The notes beneath the pieces were generated by a model. It made no database searches. It worked only from the letters and a program-made list of their open reading frames with translations, and was not told where the DNA came from. Below are positions 13,132-25,300 of a stretch of 64,000 bases of DNA, piece by piece. Positions within the stretch are counted from its first letter, which is position 1, and the number at the start of each line of letters is the position of its first letter. The stretch covers positions 4,216,001 through 4,280,000 of the forward strand of contig CM060731.1 in assembly GCA_030704615.1 (NCBI GenBank), given 5' to 3'. A program made the translations under genes and the position numbers. The stretch comes from Takakia lepidozioides (Eukaryota > Plantae > Bryophyta).

Positions 13132-13630
13132 CAGTGTTGGACTGGTATTAGGTTTAGGACATTCCAGACTGGACTAGTATCTAAGAGCATCCCCACCCTA
13201 CAGAACCCAGCACGCCAACGGAATATGAGGGTATGGTGGGCGGAAAACGTCCCCACCAACGCACTGAACCCTATATCCCATGAAAAGCGGGCACAAAATA
13301 TCGTTCCGTGCACTGAACCTGAGCCCCGTATTCAGTGCACGGAATAGGTCCCTGAATCCAAGTCAACATGACCAAGCGCGTCCCTGTCAGCATCTTGGCG
13401 GAGACCTCGCCCCTTCCTGCCAGTGGGAAGCGAGGTGCGCAGGGATTGTGTGGGCGATTCAGGGACAAGGGTGTGCGCGAGTCTGGCTGCCAAGCCACAG
13501 AACCCAACAGCCTGAATAGATGACACTATCTTTGGCGTTACCAGGAGCTTTTCGGGGGCTAAAGGGGGGGGGGATGCTCCTAATGTCAATGCATATACCG
13601 GTCCTTCACCTATATACTAGTCCAACACTG
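13132..13630. mobile_element. hAT-like MITE, ~500 bp
   Basis: TIR cagtgttggactggtat / atactagtccaacactg, with a perfect 8-bp TSD gtttgaac (13124-13131, 13631-13638). Confidence 0.88.
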
Positions 13631-15167
13631 GTTTGAACCCACAACCATTAATGAAGCATATGCCTTTAACATTGGACTAAAGTAAAACCAGCGGTTAATT
13701 GTGTATACCATACGCGCAAGCGGTTTCGGCACCCAGCTGTGGAATTATTTAATTTTTGAGACCTGGATACTTCCGACACATGGAAAGTAGTTTCCAGAGT
13801 TTTCGGCTAATTTTTCGACATTGCACAAGCTACTCTCCTCCAGTATGCTATGAGTGAAGCTTGAAGTGCATTACGTTTAGTTGCTAGTTGATAAGTGGAT
13901 TTCAGATTTGAATTTTCCATTTTCAACATATTCTCCTTCTATTTTTACTAATTCGGACATTGTGAGCTTGAAATTTCTCGAATATTTCAGACAAAATGGT
14001 TCAACTTTCTCCATATTTTTGGACAGTGCCATTTTTAATTAATTATATGCGAAACCGACCGTAGGGTAGTATGGCTCAGCTCCAACTTATTTTTCATAAG
14101 TTTTTCCATTTTAGAGATGTTACTTGGATGTGGAAGTAGTTTAGTACCCTAGTTTCCTGCAAAGGAGAGGAGTTGACACCTGGGGAAGGCATAACATGTG
14201 CTTAACTATTTTTGACACGGATGCATAGTCTCCTCGAGAAACCAGTAAGATAAAACTAAAAATAAAAGAACTGGCTAAATGCTGGCTGTCAATGATGCAA
14301 GTAAGAAAGATGCAGACCTGTCACATAGTACATACTTACCGACTTTCCAAGACTTTGCCCCACCGACTTCACGAGGTCGCTTTTCCACGTGAGACTAGTC
14401 TGGTTCTGAAGGGTTGCAAAGCCATGTCGATGTGTGGGATGCACTGCCACTTGCTTCGCTGCCACAAGTACTTGAACCACTTGCCGGACGTGTGACACGG
14501 CGGGCAGGTGTCACATGTCCACAGGTTGCTAAGCTTTGCTGCCCTCTACAGCATAATGATGACGTGTATTGTGGTCCGAGTCATGCCATAACTGCTCTGG
14601 ACTGAATATAGTACTGCAAAACTATCTCACATTCAATGAGCGGATCTTGTGTCTATGTTTCGCCACATGGAGGACCCACATCCCAGAATGTATTTTATTG
14701 CTTACCGATGAACCTACTACATAAGATGCCTGTGAGACTATGATGTGAGTCCGCCACTCCTAAAGTTTATATATGTATATTAATTTAAATAAAGTAAAAT
14801 AAATGGAAATAAAGCTCCAAATGTACCAGGCTTCCTCCCCTTTTACTCAAATATATATATATATATGGAAAACCCCAACTCAATCAAGTCCATACAATAA
14901 TTAAATAGTGAAGGGGTGTAGCAACTAGCAACTACGTCGGAAGGACGGTAAAATAGTCCGAAGGGAGAACGATATAATTAGGATGGACAGAAATAACCCA
15001 GAGCCTGCCACGAGGCGTTAGGAAAAAAAATGGTTTTGTTTTTCCCTCACCGACAGAGAGTTTGGCATCTTTGGTGACGCAGTGCATTGGTGTCACTGGG
15101 GTTCACTCTTACTTACTCATACGAAGCTGGCTCTATGTTTTCCGTCAGTTCGCTTCAAAAGAAAATC

Positions 15168-15385
15168 GGATGGTAGCACAGCTGGTAAGTGCACAATGTG
15201 TCGCCTTAGTGGTTCGAGGTTCAAACCCGCTGCCCTGCCCCGTGTGTGGATTGTTCCTGGCGTTTCTGTCTGGATGTTTTCGTCCTGTGTGCCTCCTATC
15301 GCTTATCTGAAAGGGGGTAATTTTTCCCCCTCCTCAAGGGCCTGATTGTCGCTCCCAGGTTTCCTTTTTTAAATAAATAAATAAA
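15168..15385 (+). mobile_element. tRNA-derived SINE (diverged copy)
   Basis: A-box-like ggtagcacagctggtaag and B-box-like ggttcaaaccc. The 3' body aagggcctgatt…gctcccagg…tttcc is shared with the copies at 36223, 51963 and 62441, and is followed by an A-rich tail. Confidence 0.7.
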
Positions 15386-15899
15386 TATTCTGAAAAATGG
15401 AATAAAAGATGAGGAAAAATAAATAAGTAAACATAGGTGGCAGTGGCCCGACCGGCATTAGTGAGTGGTTGGGCATTTTGTGCGGGTCTCAATCCCTTGG
15501 TCTGTGGGTCTATTATAGCCTCATGGTTACGTGGAAGAGGGCTACTTTTCCCCTCCTCAAGCTACGGCCATTATGTGCTGTCACTCCAAGGTTGAGTCCC
15601 CCCCTAAGCAAGCGAAAATTATGGTGTCACTTCATCTAGAAGCTTTGCATTCAAGGTAGCCCGTCGACCCATTGACCGCACTTTCATACCGATAACTGGA
15701 TTTGAACTACCCATACCCCTCCGTCCCAAGAATTTCTTGGGGGTTGAAATTTGAAACCAGTCTAGGTGCATTGGCCTAAGATTGCTAAACCCTTTGGGCA
15801 CATACCCCCTCAGAAGTGGTTGTGGGTTCAATCCACCGATTGGTGTCACAAAGGTTTCCACTTTCTTACAGGAAGGAAGTAGCCCTTGGGGGGTCAAGA

Positions 15900-16326
15900 C
15901 ACACTATACTTACGCTTCCTTGGGGAGGTCAGTTCTTTGTAAAATAACAGGTTACACACTCTTAAAAACCTGCTCTAGATTTTGCTTTGTACTTTTTAGG
16001 GCATTTTGAAGCAGAACTTCCCGAGGAGCACATGTGGCATGGAACCAGTCGTGCCACTGGGGGCGGGATAATGGAACGGGTAGTTCCATTTCTGGAACCT
16101 CGTTGCCAGAGGGAGATTAGTGGAACGCAATCATGTCCCTTGGATGACATATCTTCATCCCAGCTCTCGCTCGGGCCTCCAGTTTCTTAGTTAAGTTACT
16201 GTTCCCTGGTATCTCCATCACGTTCTCCCCCATGGTAGCATGTAAGGGTTTTTAATGTTTTTTCCCTTCAATAAAGCAAAAAAGGCCTTCCTCCCCTTGC
16301 AAAAAATTAAAATTAAAAAAAAAAAA
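15900..16326 (+). mobile_element. Probable 5'-truncated LINE 3' end
   Basis: Degenerate Trp-rich coding-like stretch followed by aataaa and a long poly(A) tract (~16300-16326). No domain recognised. Confidence 0.35.
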
Positions 16327-17312
16327 ACCCAAATCCACAAGTCTTTTACTGATTCTGAACGCTCCCTCACGTTCTTGCCAATTTTGCAATCCCCGGCAAG
16401 ACAGTCGAGTCTATGCAGAAGAAGTAAGTAACTGGTCGGGTCACAAACCCGTGCCCCTCAACAAAAAGAAATAGAAAAAACCAAGAGACTCCGTGGTGTA
16501 AAAGACAAAATAAACCCAATGAGACGTGTCCACGCGTCTCGCAAAATGTGCAAGCCAAATTAGTGTTGATCCACAACAGATAATGTCACTGTGTAATCAC
16601 GTGAACACGCGTTGGCGCCGCTGCATTTCACGCAACGCACTGCCACATTTTTCCGCAACCCCCATTCCGTTGCGGACTCATTTCAAACTTCGCTCTACTT
16701 ACGAGAACCACCGACGAGGCGTTGATCAGAATTCCCCATCTGTGGCCCCAACCGCACAGTTGCACACACACGTGACACAGGCCCCACAGTCGACCGCGCG
16801 GTTTCCTCCGGGAGCCACGACTGACGAGCCGCCCTTGAGGGCTGCTGCCGCGCGGACGGAGAAGAGCGCAGAACGTGGGCCGCGTCGCTGCCGTGCGGGC
16901 CACCCAAGAGCGCGCGCCGGGCTGCCCCGCCGCAGCCTCCCGCCACGGCCTGCCTGCACGCCACCTTGTGGGCTCGCCGCCCGACACGCGTGTGCCCAGT
17001 CACACTGCCTTCCAGTGTGCGTCTTGTCAATGAGGGTTTGAAGAAAGCGAGAGCGAGGGGGGTTTGGTTGCGAGCGAGGCATGCCTTTGATGTCGCTGTG
17101 CGGAGCGGCTTGGCCTGCCTCGGATGTGCAAGGGACGTAATCAATTGAGCTTACCTCTATGCTGCATGATGGATCGTGAGGATTGGAGGCGTAGATTGGA
17201 AGAGGCCGTGACTGTTGGGGAAGGGAGGCGGTAGGTTTTGTGGCAGGGGGGAAAAGGGGATAAAAGCTGTGTGTAGGGTTGTAGGATTAGTTAGGGGATA
17301 GTCGGTGGTGGT

Positions 17313-20300
17313 ATGCATATGGTGGGATCTATGACGTTCTATTCAAGCTCCCCTCCTGCTGTCTGGTCTACCCAGAGTGCCTTGAGCGGTGTGACAGCTT
17401 CGGTGAGTGACATTGATATACATTCACGGACTCCGCAGGCACATCATGCCTCACCCAAACCTGTGTTGGTGGGAGGGCTTTCGAGTCTTTTTTCTAGTGC
17501 AAGTACGAGACCTACACTCGCTTCCACATGTTCTGTGAATGATGTACTGGATTCTTCTGGTCACTCCTACTCGTCGGGAATGGTGCGGAGCAGCTCTCAA
17601 AATGACTTGGCACCATGGGAGAGCTTGGAAACCCGCTGTGGGGCGGTCAACGTGCCTGTGTGTTCTTCGCTGAGGTTGAAAGAGCGCAGTCCGGTTTCCG
17701 TGCTTCAAGCTCCCGCATCGCGAGGCAGTAGCCACAACTCTCCCATTTTCTCATTAGTTGCCTGGGAAAGCGCAGCCAGCAGTGGTCTTCCGCCTTTGGA
17801 TCCGCACTTGGACAGAGGTTCCCGAAGAAAATCTTCTTTCAGCGTGGAGGCCCGATGGCCCCTCTCAAGAAGTGTGGGATTTCAGGTGGGGAATGACGGA
17901 GGATTTCCTGGCGACTCTCAAGCTCTTCACTGTCCTGTTACTGATTATGAGTCAACAAGTACTCAAAAACCAGATCATGGGCAAGGAAGGGTTTTCAACA
18001 GTTCATCTTCGGCCACTCCAGCGATCGATTCTTCCACCATGCCTCTTTTTCCTTTTGGAGTGGATCACACAATTACCATACAAAAGGAGACCCCAGAGCT
18101 TTTGGAAGCTAGAGAAAAGGTTCTAAGCATGACAGAGAAAGCTAATGGAGTAGTAGCTGCTTCCCCTGCTGTGTGTCCTACTATCAAAACGCCTTCATCT
18201 TCAGACGAGTTATTAAAAGATGCACAGGCACAGCATAAGATCTTTTCGGATCCATTTGTTATCGAAGCATTTAGACTGGCAGAGGATGCTCACAAAGGGC
18301 AAGTAAGTTCTGTTTAATCTCAAGAAGCCATGGTTTCCGACTGTTCATCATGACATTTTTGTCAATATCTTCTGTAATTACCTTATGGCACTTAGTCCAA
18401 AGTTAATCGGAAAGTCTTGACAACTGAAATAATTCTTAATTTTTGGAGTGTTTTGGAGTCCTGAAACAAGGAATTTTTTTGCAAGAAGGATGGCGAGACA
18501 GGATTGAGCAAGTTTGCATTGAGCGGTACTAAATTGTCTCTCATCACTCTGATTCGACTGTTTTCCCTTTTCCTCCTCTTTCTGATTTTCTTTTTCTGAT
18601 GTTGGTAGTTTCAACGCTTCCCCTCGTCACTAATGTCAAAAAGTTGGTAACAGTGGACAAAAAAATCTGAAATAATGGCTGTACGTTATTTCAACAGTAT
18701 GCTCACACTAGAGGTGGTTGGATTTTGGTTGGCATGGTCGCAGTTTCGACGGAGTGGAGATCTATATCTCGCACATTGTGTGGAAACAGCCTTGATTTTG
18801 GCTGGAACAGGGGCAGACAGTACTGTGGTGGCTGCAGGTTTACTGCATGATACTATTGATGACTGCAATGTGAGCACGCAGCTGCTCCATCGTGTTTTTG
18901 GGGAGGATGTGACTGACCTGGTCCTAGGGGTAAGGAACCTTTCGGCATGATTGGGTCTTTTAAGATTTTTAGCCTTGCAGTACGGATTGACTGGGTGTGT
19001 TTATTGCCCTATGGTTGTACGTCTATCTCTTACGTAGTTATGGCCTCGAGGGAGTTTGTAGAAGTAGATGCCTTCATGTGGCAAGTGAGGTACATGCTTA
19101 ATTCTGTCTCCTCGGTGGTCCCAATCAGACTTTTCTCAGCACCTTAAGAGGATGGTTATGGTTGGTCGTGGTGCTTTACTTCCGGAACTGTTGTGTATTA
19201 TTCATGGATCTGTGCAGCTTTGAAGTTGTTGTTCCCTGTGGTTTGATAAGCTCTGTGGTGTGCATGTCTGCAGGTGTCAAAATTGAGTGAGTTTAGTCAA
19301 CTCGCTCGGGACAATGCAACGGTGTACAACCCGGTGGAAGCAGACAGGCTCCGGACTATGTTCTTAGCCATGGTGGATGTTCGCGTAGTGCTTGTTAAGC
19401 TTGCTGATAGGCTTCATAACATGAGGACCTTGCAAGCTTTGCCAGTTGCAAAGCAGCTTCGCATTGCCGATGAAACCCTGGAGATATTTGCGCCTCTTGC
19501 TAATCGATTAGGTATTTGGACCTGGAAAGCAGAATTAGAAGACCTCTGTTTTAAAATATTGAAGCCTGATGACTACAAGGAGTTAGCAACAAGACTGGCA
19601 GAAGGCTGTCGAGAGGGACTTGTGATGTCTTCCATTTATCAGCTAGATCAAGCCATGCGGCAGCAAGGGGTGTTATTTACGGATCTATGTGGTCGACCCA
19701 AGAATCTGTACAGTATTTTCAAGAAAATGGCAAAGTATGTGTTCTTTTTAAAGACAAGGAGTTTGGGCATGAGTAGACTGTGATCTGCATTTATTTGGGT
19801 GGAGAGTTTGTGGGATTTATCTTTTGGGTGTTTTCTTTATAGTCTCTTTTGTGCTGGATTGTCTTTTTAATCAAGATTGTGATGATGTGCAATTGGGTAA
19901 CCTTTGTCATTGATCCTGTCGTGCAGGAAGGGACGGACAGTGGAGGAAATATTTGATGTCCGAGGATTGCGGTTGATTGTTCCAGATGAGAGTTGTTGTT
20001 ACGATGCCTTAAGTGTTGTTCATCAACTTTGGGCACATATTCCAGGGAAGCTCAAGGATTACATAAGTCAACCGAAAGCCAATGGGTAAGGCTTCTACTC
20101 TGGTGGGTAGCCTAGTGTGATAAGCTTACCTAAACACTGGAAACTCTAGCAGCTATGCTTATACTTGTTTTTGGTGGTTTGTTTATTTATAGGAAAACAG
20201 TGTTCTCCTTTTTGTAAGCTGCAATGGATGTTCATCTTGTGGGTTGCATGTTGAATGCAGATATCAGTCACTGCATACTGTAGTTTGGGGAGATGATGGA

Positions 20301-21088
20301 CATCCCTTGGAGGTGCAAGTTAGGACAATGGAAATGCATCATCAGGCTGAGTTTGGATTGGCTGCTCACTGGAGATACAAGGAGGACAACAGCAAACACT
20401 CATCCTTCGTACTGCAACGGGTTGAGTGGGCTAGATGGGTACTCACATGGCAGAGTGAAATATTTGACACAAAATTGAGGGTTTCTCCTATGGAAGCAGA
20501 TTTGAGACCACCATGCCCATTTCCTGTTCACAAGGATGATTGCCCACATGCAGCAATGTGTTGTGCACCACCACTGTCGGAAGACGATCCTCTCTTTGTC
20601 ATCATGGTGGAGGATGAGAATGTATGTCCTTATGATTATTTTATTTTATTTAGTTTGCACATTCTGTGTTGATACATTAAAATCCAGATTTGACCTTCAC
20701 GTAGGTGGCTGACACTAAAACTTGAAAACACTTGCAGATGATCGTGCAAGAACTGCCTCCAGGTTCCACTGCAGCCGACTTGGTGTCTAACAAAGCAACA
20801 GACCTGGATTCTTTAGCTGCTTGTACAAGTAGGACAAGTCGCAAGCAAATGAGGGCTAAAGTGAACCATCAATTTGTCGAAAATTTCCAACAGAAGCTGA
20901 GGATGGGGGACCTGGTGGAATTGACACCTTCTGATGTCTCCACAGAACCAAGTCCAGTGCGATGTGCAGAACGGCCCTGTGGTAAAATAGCTCTCGAGTT
21001 CCAAAGGGAGCAACTCAAGCGTTTATATCTAGATGGCAGGGCCTATAATGAGGACCAAAGAAGGGCTTCACAAACAACTCTAGCTTAG
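17313..21088 (+). CDS. RSH2/RSH3: RelA/SpoT homologue, RSH2/RSH3 clade (plastid (p)ppGpp synthetase/hydrolase); exons ~17313-18302, 18744-18929, 19274-19734, 19927-20085, 20261-20621, 20738-21088
   Basis: AEDAHKGQ|[12 protein letters not shown]; HD-domain [11 protein letters not shown]; [14 protein letters not shown]; [11 protein letters not shown]; GRPKNLYS; IFDVRGLR; [10 protein letters not shown]|YQSLH; LEVQVRT…[13 protein letters not shown]; C-terminal TGS-like QELPPGST…KVNH…LRMGDLVEL. The Ser-rich N-terminus carries the GGLSSLF motif. The exact start codon is uncertain. Confidence 0.92.
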
Positions 21089-21486
21089 TGTGGCAGGGCT
21101 CCTGTAAAACTGTCAATTAGATATGCTAACATGGGTCCCCAGTCAGCAGCTTTCAGCTATGCAGTAATCTTGTGTAGAAAGGTTGATTGTACATATTGTA
21201 AAATCTGTAGGACTAGATATCAGCCAGGTTGGTGACCCATTCATTCATTCTTTACCTTGAAGGATTTTGTAAGGATACACCCATGAGCGCAGCCCATCTG
21301 TCATGGGTGCTTTGTCTCATTCTTTCAAGGAGAGGGCTTTCAATGCAAGGACCCTCTAGACTCAAACAAAATGTATATTTAATAACCTCGTGCCTATTAT
21401 CCATTGCTCTTAACCACCACACTATGCTTTCTACAAACCAATGAAATAACTAATGTTTTATGTGCATATTTTATGTGTTTTTTTTA

Positions 21487-21641
21487 GCCCCAGCACACTC
21501 GTTTGCCCGGTAGACCCACCCAGCAAACTCAGTCCGACGGGTAGGGGTGCACCCACCCTTCGCGACCCCCTCTGCCACACGTGGCCCCGTCGCAGCCACA
21601 CGCGCGCGCATTGAAGACGCTATTATCTTTCAATGAGAAGC
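21487..21641. mobile_element. Orphan TIR fragment related to the MULE-1 termini
   Basis: gcattgaagacgctattatctttcaatgagaagc (ends 21641) resembles the MULE-1 right end ccattgaagaccctattatcttaaaatgagaggc. No partner end was found; the left boundary is approximate. Confidence 0.65.
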
Positions 21642-22394
21642 GGACATGGCAATGTACCATGAAATATATGCCTCTCATTTTAAGATCATAGGGTCTTCAA
21701 TGGGCACGTGCGATGTGGCCGGTGGGCCCCGCGCACGGACGCATGGCTCCCCAGCACCCCGTCCGCCGCACGGCCAGTCCCTCGCCCATGAATCCGCTGC
21801 CCTCCAGTCTGCCAGTCCGTTGCTGGCCAGTCTGATGCCCAGCAATCTGCCAGTCCGCCCACCAGTCCCCTACCATCCAGTCCGTTGACGGCGCAGGATC
21901 GCCACCGTCCATTCCCATAACCCATCCGAGCCCTCCATTTTTAGGGCTGCGAAAATGGCAATGATCTTGCCACCAAATCCCGGCCGCTCTCTTTTGACGG
22001 CTGTTTGTTGTCCGATGTTGCGGTAGGCGTTTCCATGCACGCGCATGTTCTTTTTTTGCGCGCGATGTTCATGATGATGATGAAGTGTGTGCTTGAACAT
22101 GAGAGGACTGTCTCGGCACTACAGCCACCATTGTGCATATGCTTCCACTATTTTTGCCTTCTTGTTGTGCTTTCGGGAACCTTCGTTTTATGGTTTGGTT
22201 CTATGTCATAAATATGGAAAATACGGACATCTGTCGTCGATAACGTCCTCTGCTTGTGATCCGTCATGATATGTTTAGCCCCTTCGTACTGCATCCCTCA
22301 TGAAAGCCTTCACAAGTTTAGTTCGTTAAAGGAACCCATGGGTAACATGGGCGCGAAAATGGCCGAAGCATATGCACATGGGGCCGTGTATTGC

Positions 22395-25300
22395 AGATTT
22401 CGTATCGGACGATGGGACTGTTTATGTGACCAAGTATAGAGGCTTGCATCCGTCGTGCATAAGTTGTGGAAAAGGGTGGAGAATCTGAAGAAACCCAGCT
22501 TTGTGATGGATCCACATGGTATTATATAAGGGATGGCAGCACAAAAAAACAATTCGAGTCGTCACGGAATACCATCCAGTCCTAAGGTCCTCAAACATCC
22601 ACACGCACCTGCTGAATGCAGATGTCTGAGCCACGACGGGAGTAGGTGCAGAATCGGTACATTGTCGCATTTGCCAGGAGACGGACCAGGCTGAGACAAT
22701 TGCATCTGCAAATGCGCGTGGATGTTTGAGGTCCGTTGTGTCGCCAGTCTGTTCATAGTGGGTCCGCTGGTCCGTCAGTGCTCTGGATATTCCCCTTATC
22801 GCGTGCATAACAGTCAGTTTGAAGGCGGTCTGCTGGAAGTCCGTCTGTTGGGATATCAGTCTGTCGCACTTGTGAATTTGTCAGTCTGTTGTGTCGGAAG
22901 TCTATTGCACTAAGTCTGTATGACTTCTTATTTTCCCTCCGGTCAGTCTTTTGGCTTGTTCTCCCACCAGTCTGGCGAAACGTCCGTCTGCTGGACAGTT
23001 CTCCTCTATGGATATCAGTCTGTTGGACTGTGCATGCCTCAGTCTGTTGTGCCGCGAGTCTGTTCGCAATGGGTGTGTTCGACTTTCTTGTTCTCCCCTT
23101 ACTCTCTTTTGTCTTCATTCCGCTGGCAGAGAAGTGCCTCCAATATGAAGCCGCTTCGCCTCAGCAAAGCGAATCTCTCGGCCCGATGGGAAATGAGTCT
23201 GCTGCACGTGCGAGGACCGTGGATGAATTTAGTACGATGCGTTCGTTCGGTGGACGTATTCAATGCGATGACGGCGGATAGTTGGCGCCTGTGAAATCGC
23301 GCCACGTTGGCAGTGCCATGCCCGCTTTCCCCCTTCTACTTCTACTTTCTTCTCATGTTCCCTGTGCGATCGACTCCATTCTCTTCGCGCCTGTTTCTTC
23401 GCACTGTTTTGTTTTCCTCTTTGCGTACGAAAGACGACCGTTCTTCCCCAGGTGTGGAGAGTCGCGGTGAGCCGCGAAGCGTCGCAAACACGCTCGCCTT
23501 CGTAACAACTCGAAGTTCATCGGCTCGGTGAGGTTCTCACTTGCTACAGTGTTTCCATTCCATTCTGTGTCCTCTTCTTGCTTAGGGTGAGTCTTTTCAT
23601 AGGACTTCTATCTGTCGTTCATTGTCCTTGCACCCTCGTTTCATTCTGCAGCGATGGAGGATGCTTGTGAAAAGGGTGGAGCGGACTGGTGGATTTTGTG
23701 CACCAAACCAGACTGAAGAAGGAGCGAAGGTACTGGTACTCAGTAGACGAGTTTGATCATATAGTGGAAGCATTTGTAGACCTCCGCGCCCGGAAGCCCA
23801 AAAACTCGAATTGGCAGAAGGACAAGCTCTTTGATCCCTTCTGTGAAGAGGTAATCAAGGACAAAATCCAACTAAATCGGCATTGTGTTGACACGGGTTG
23901 CAAGGAGACTGTTGCAATGATTCCACGGGATTTCAAGCAGAAATGTCGATTGTCAAAGAGGCCACAATGCGCTTGCGCGGATCAGTGCTTGACCCCCGCA
24001 CTTTGGAATTAGACGAAGTGCGCGCACGGTATGGCGTCCATTGTGGTGGCCCGTCAATGGAGGATTTGCAAGTGCAGGGAACGCTGGACGCTTCCAGAAA
24101 ACGTAAACTGAGTGATGGGGCCCAAAAAAAGGAGAGGCAAAAAAAGGAGAAGGCTGCAAGGTCTGCTCGCGAGGCAAGGGCAAAATCCACGCAACAGACT
24201 GAACCCCGTCCTGGCGGCAGACCCACACCATCAGTACTGATACTGAAAGTGAATCTGCTCAGGGCCTGGAAGGGGTGACAAGTCCAGTGGACATTGACTT
24301 GCCTGACCAGACTCGGCAGCAGAATCACACAAATATCGCGACCCATGCCAGAGGTTTAGGGTCAAAACCAAAAACTCAACAGAGCACTGAAGGGCCAGTC
24401 TGCCCTGGCACATTGCGCCTCGTTGACTTTGGGCTTTTCCCACCAGAGTGCCCACCAATTGGGGATCCAGACTTCTTCCGTTATTTCTACAGAGTTGCCC
24501 AGTCAGGTCTGCTACGCACATTCATCCGACAGGCGGAATAGAACTGGTTGAACAGCTTTGAAGATGAAGATGACGATGATGAAGTAGAGGAGGTAATGGT
24601 CAGTCTGACCGCCCAGTTTGTTCTCTGTGCTGTTTGAGTCTATCATCGGGGTCACGTTGCCTATTCAGTCTGGTCAGTCCGATGCGTTCTCTCCTCAGTC
24701 CGCTGGCTCACTCCGCTCGTCAGTTAGTCTGTTTTATATTGCTGCATTACTTACTGAGTCCGTTTGTCAATCCGCTGGTCCAGTCCACTGGTACAGTCTA
24801 CTAGTTGCCTCCACCCTACGTACGCATGTTACGTCTGCCAGTCTGCTGGTCTGTGAGTCCAGTCCGCTGCATGAGATGAATATAGAGTCCACGTCCATGT
24901 TCCTGAAGTCCAAGTTCTCTGCCGTGTACCAGGATGAACGTATTTCTATTCGTAGGGCCATTCAGGCTTGGCGGATACCTAGCAATGATGCTCCTTTACA
25001 AGCGACTGCAGTGCGTGCGGAAGTGGACCGCGTGCAAGAGTACATATTATTGAAGTATCCTGGGTCATCTGCTGCTATAGCGGCATTACATATTCAAGAC
25101 GCGTCGGGGGGGAATGTGTCTGGGACAGCCGAGTCTGCCATCCAGAAGACTCCCATTCAGCAGGCCGTCATCCAGCAGACTCCCGTTCAGCAGCCTGTCA
25201 TCCAGCAGACTCCAACGGAGCAGACTCCCAACGAGCAGCCTGTCATCCTGCAGACTCCTCTCCAGGAGCCCATCATGCAGCCCATGCCAATGGGAAGTCC

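Noticed and set aside
13708-14074. Possible additional MITE (ccatac…cggtttcg / cgaaaccg…gtatgg)
   Set aside because: The inverted repeat is too degenerate and no convincing TSD was found.
15168-15245. tRNA gene (also at 36223, 51963, 62441)
   Set aside because: A/B boxes are present, but there is no intact cloverleaf, and each continues into a shared non-tRNA body with an A-rich tail (TSDs at 51963 and 62441). These are SINEs.
16526-17148. Overlapping 110-170-aa ORFs upstream of RSH
   Set aside because: GC-rich promoter/5'UTR sequence that is open in several frames, with no recognisable protein features.
2666-21088. Functional plastid gene cluster (SBP + RSH)
   Set aside because: The genes are 13 kb apart, separated by an unrelated SNARE gene and TEs, with no evidence beyond chance proximity.
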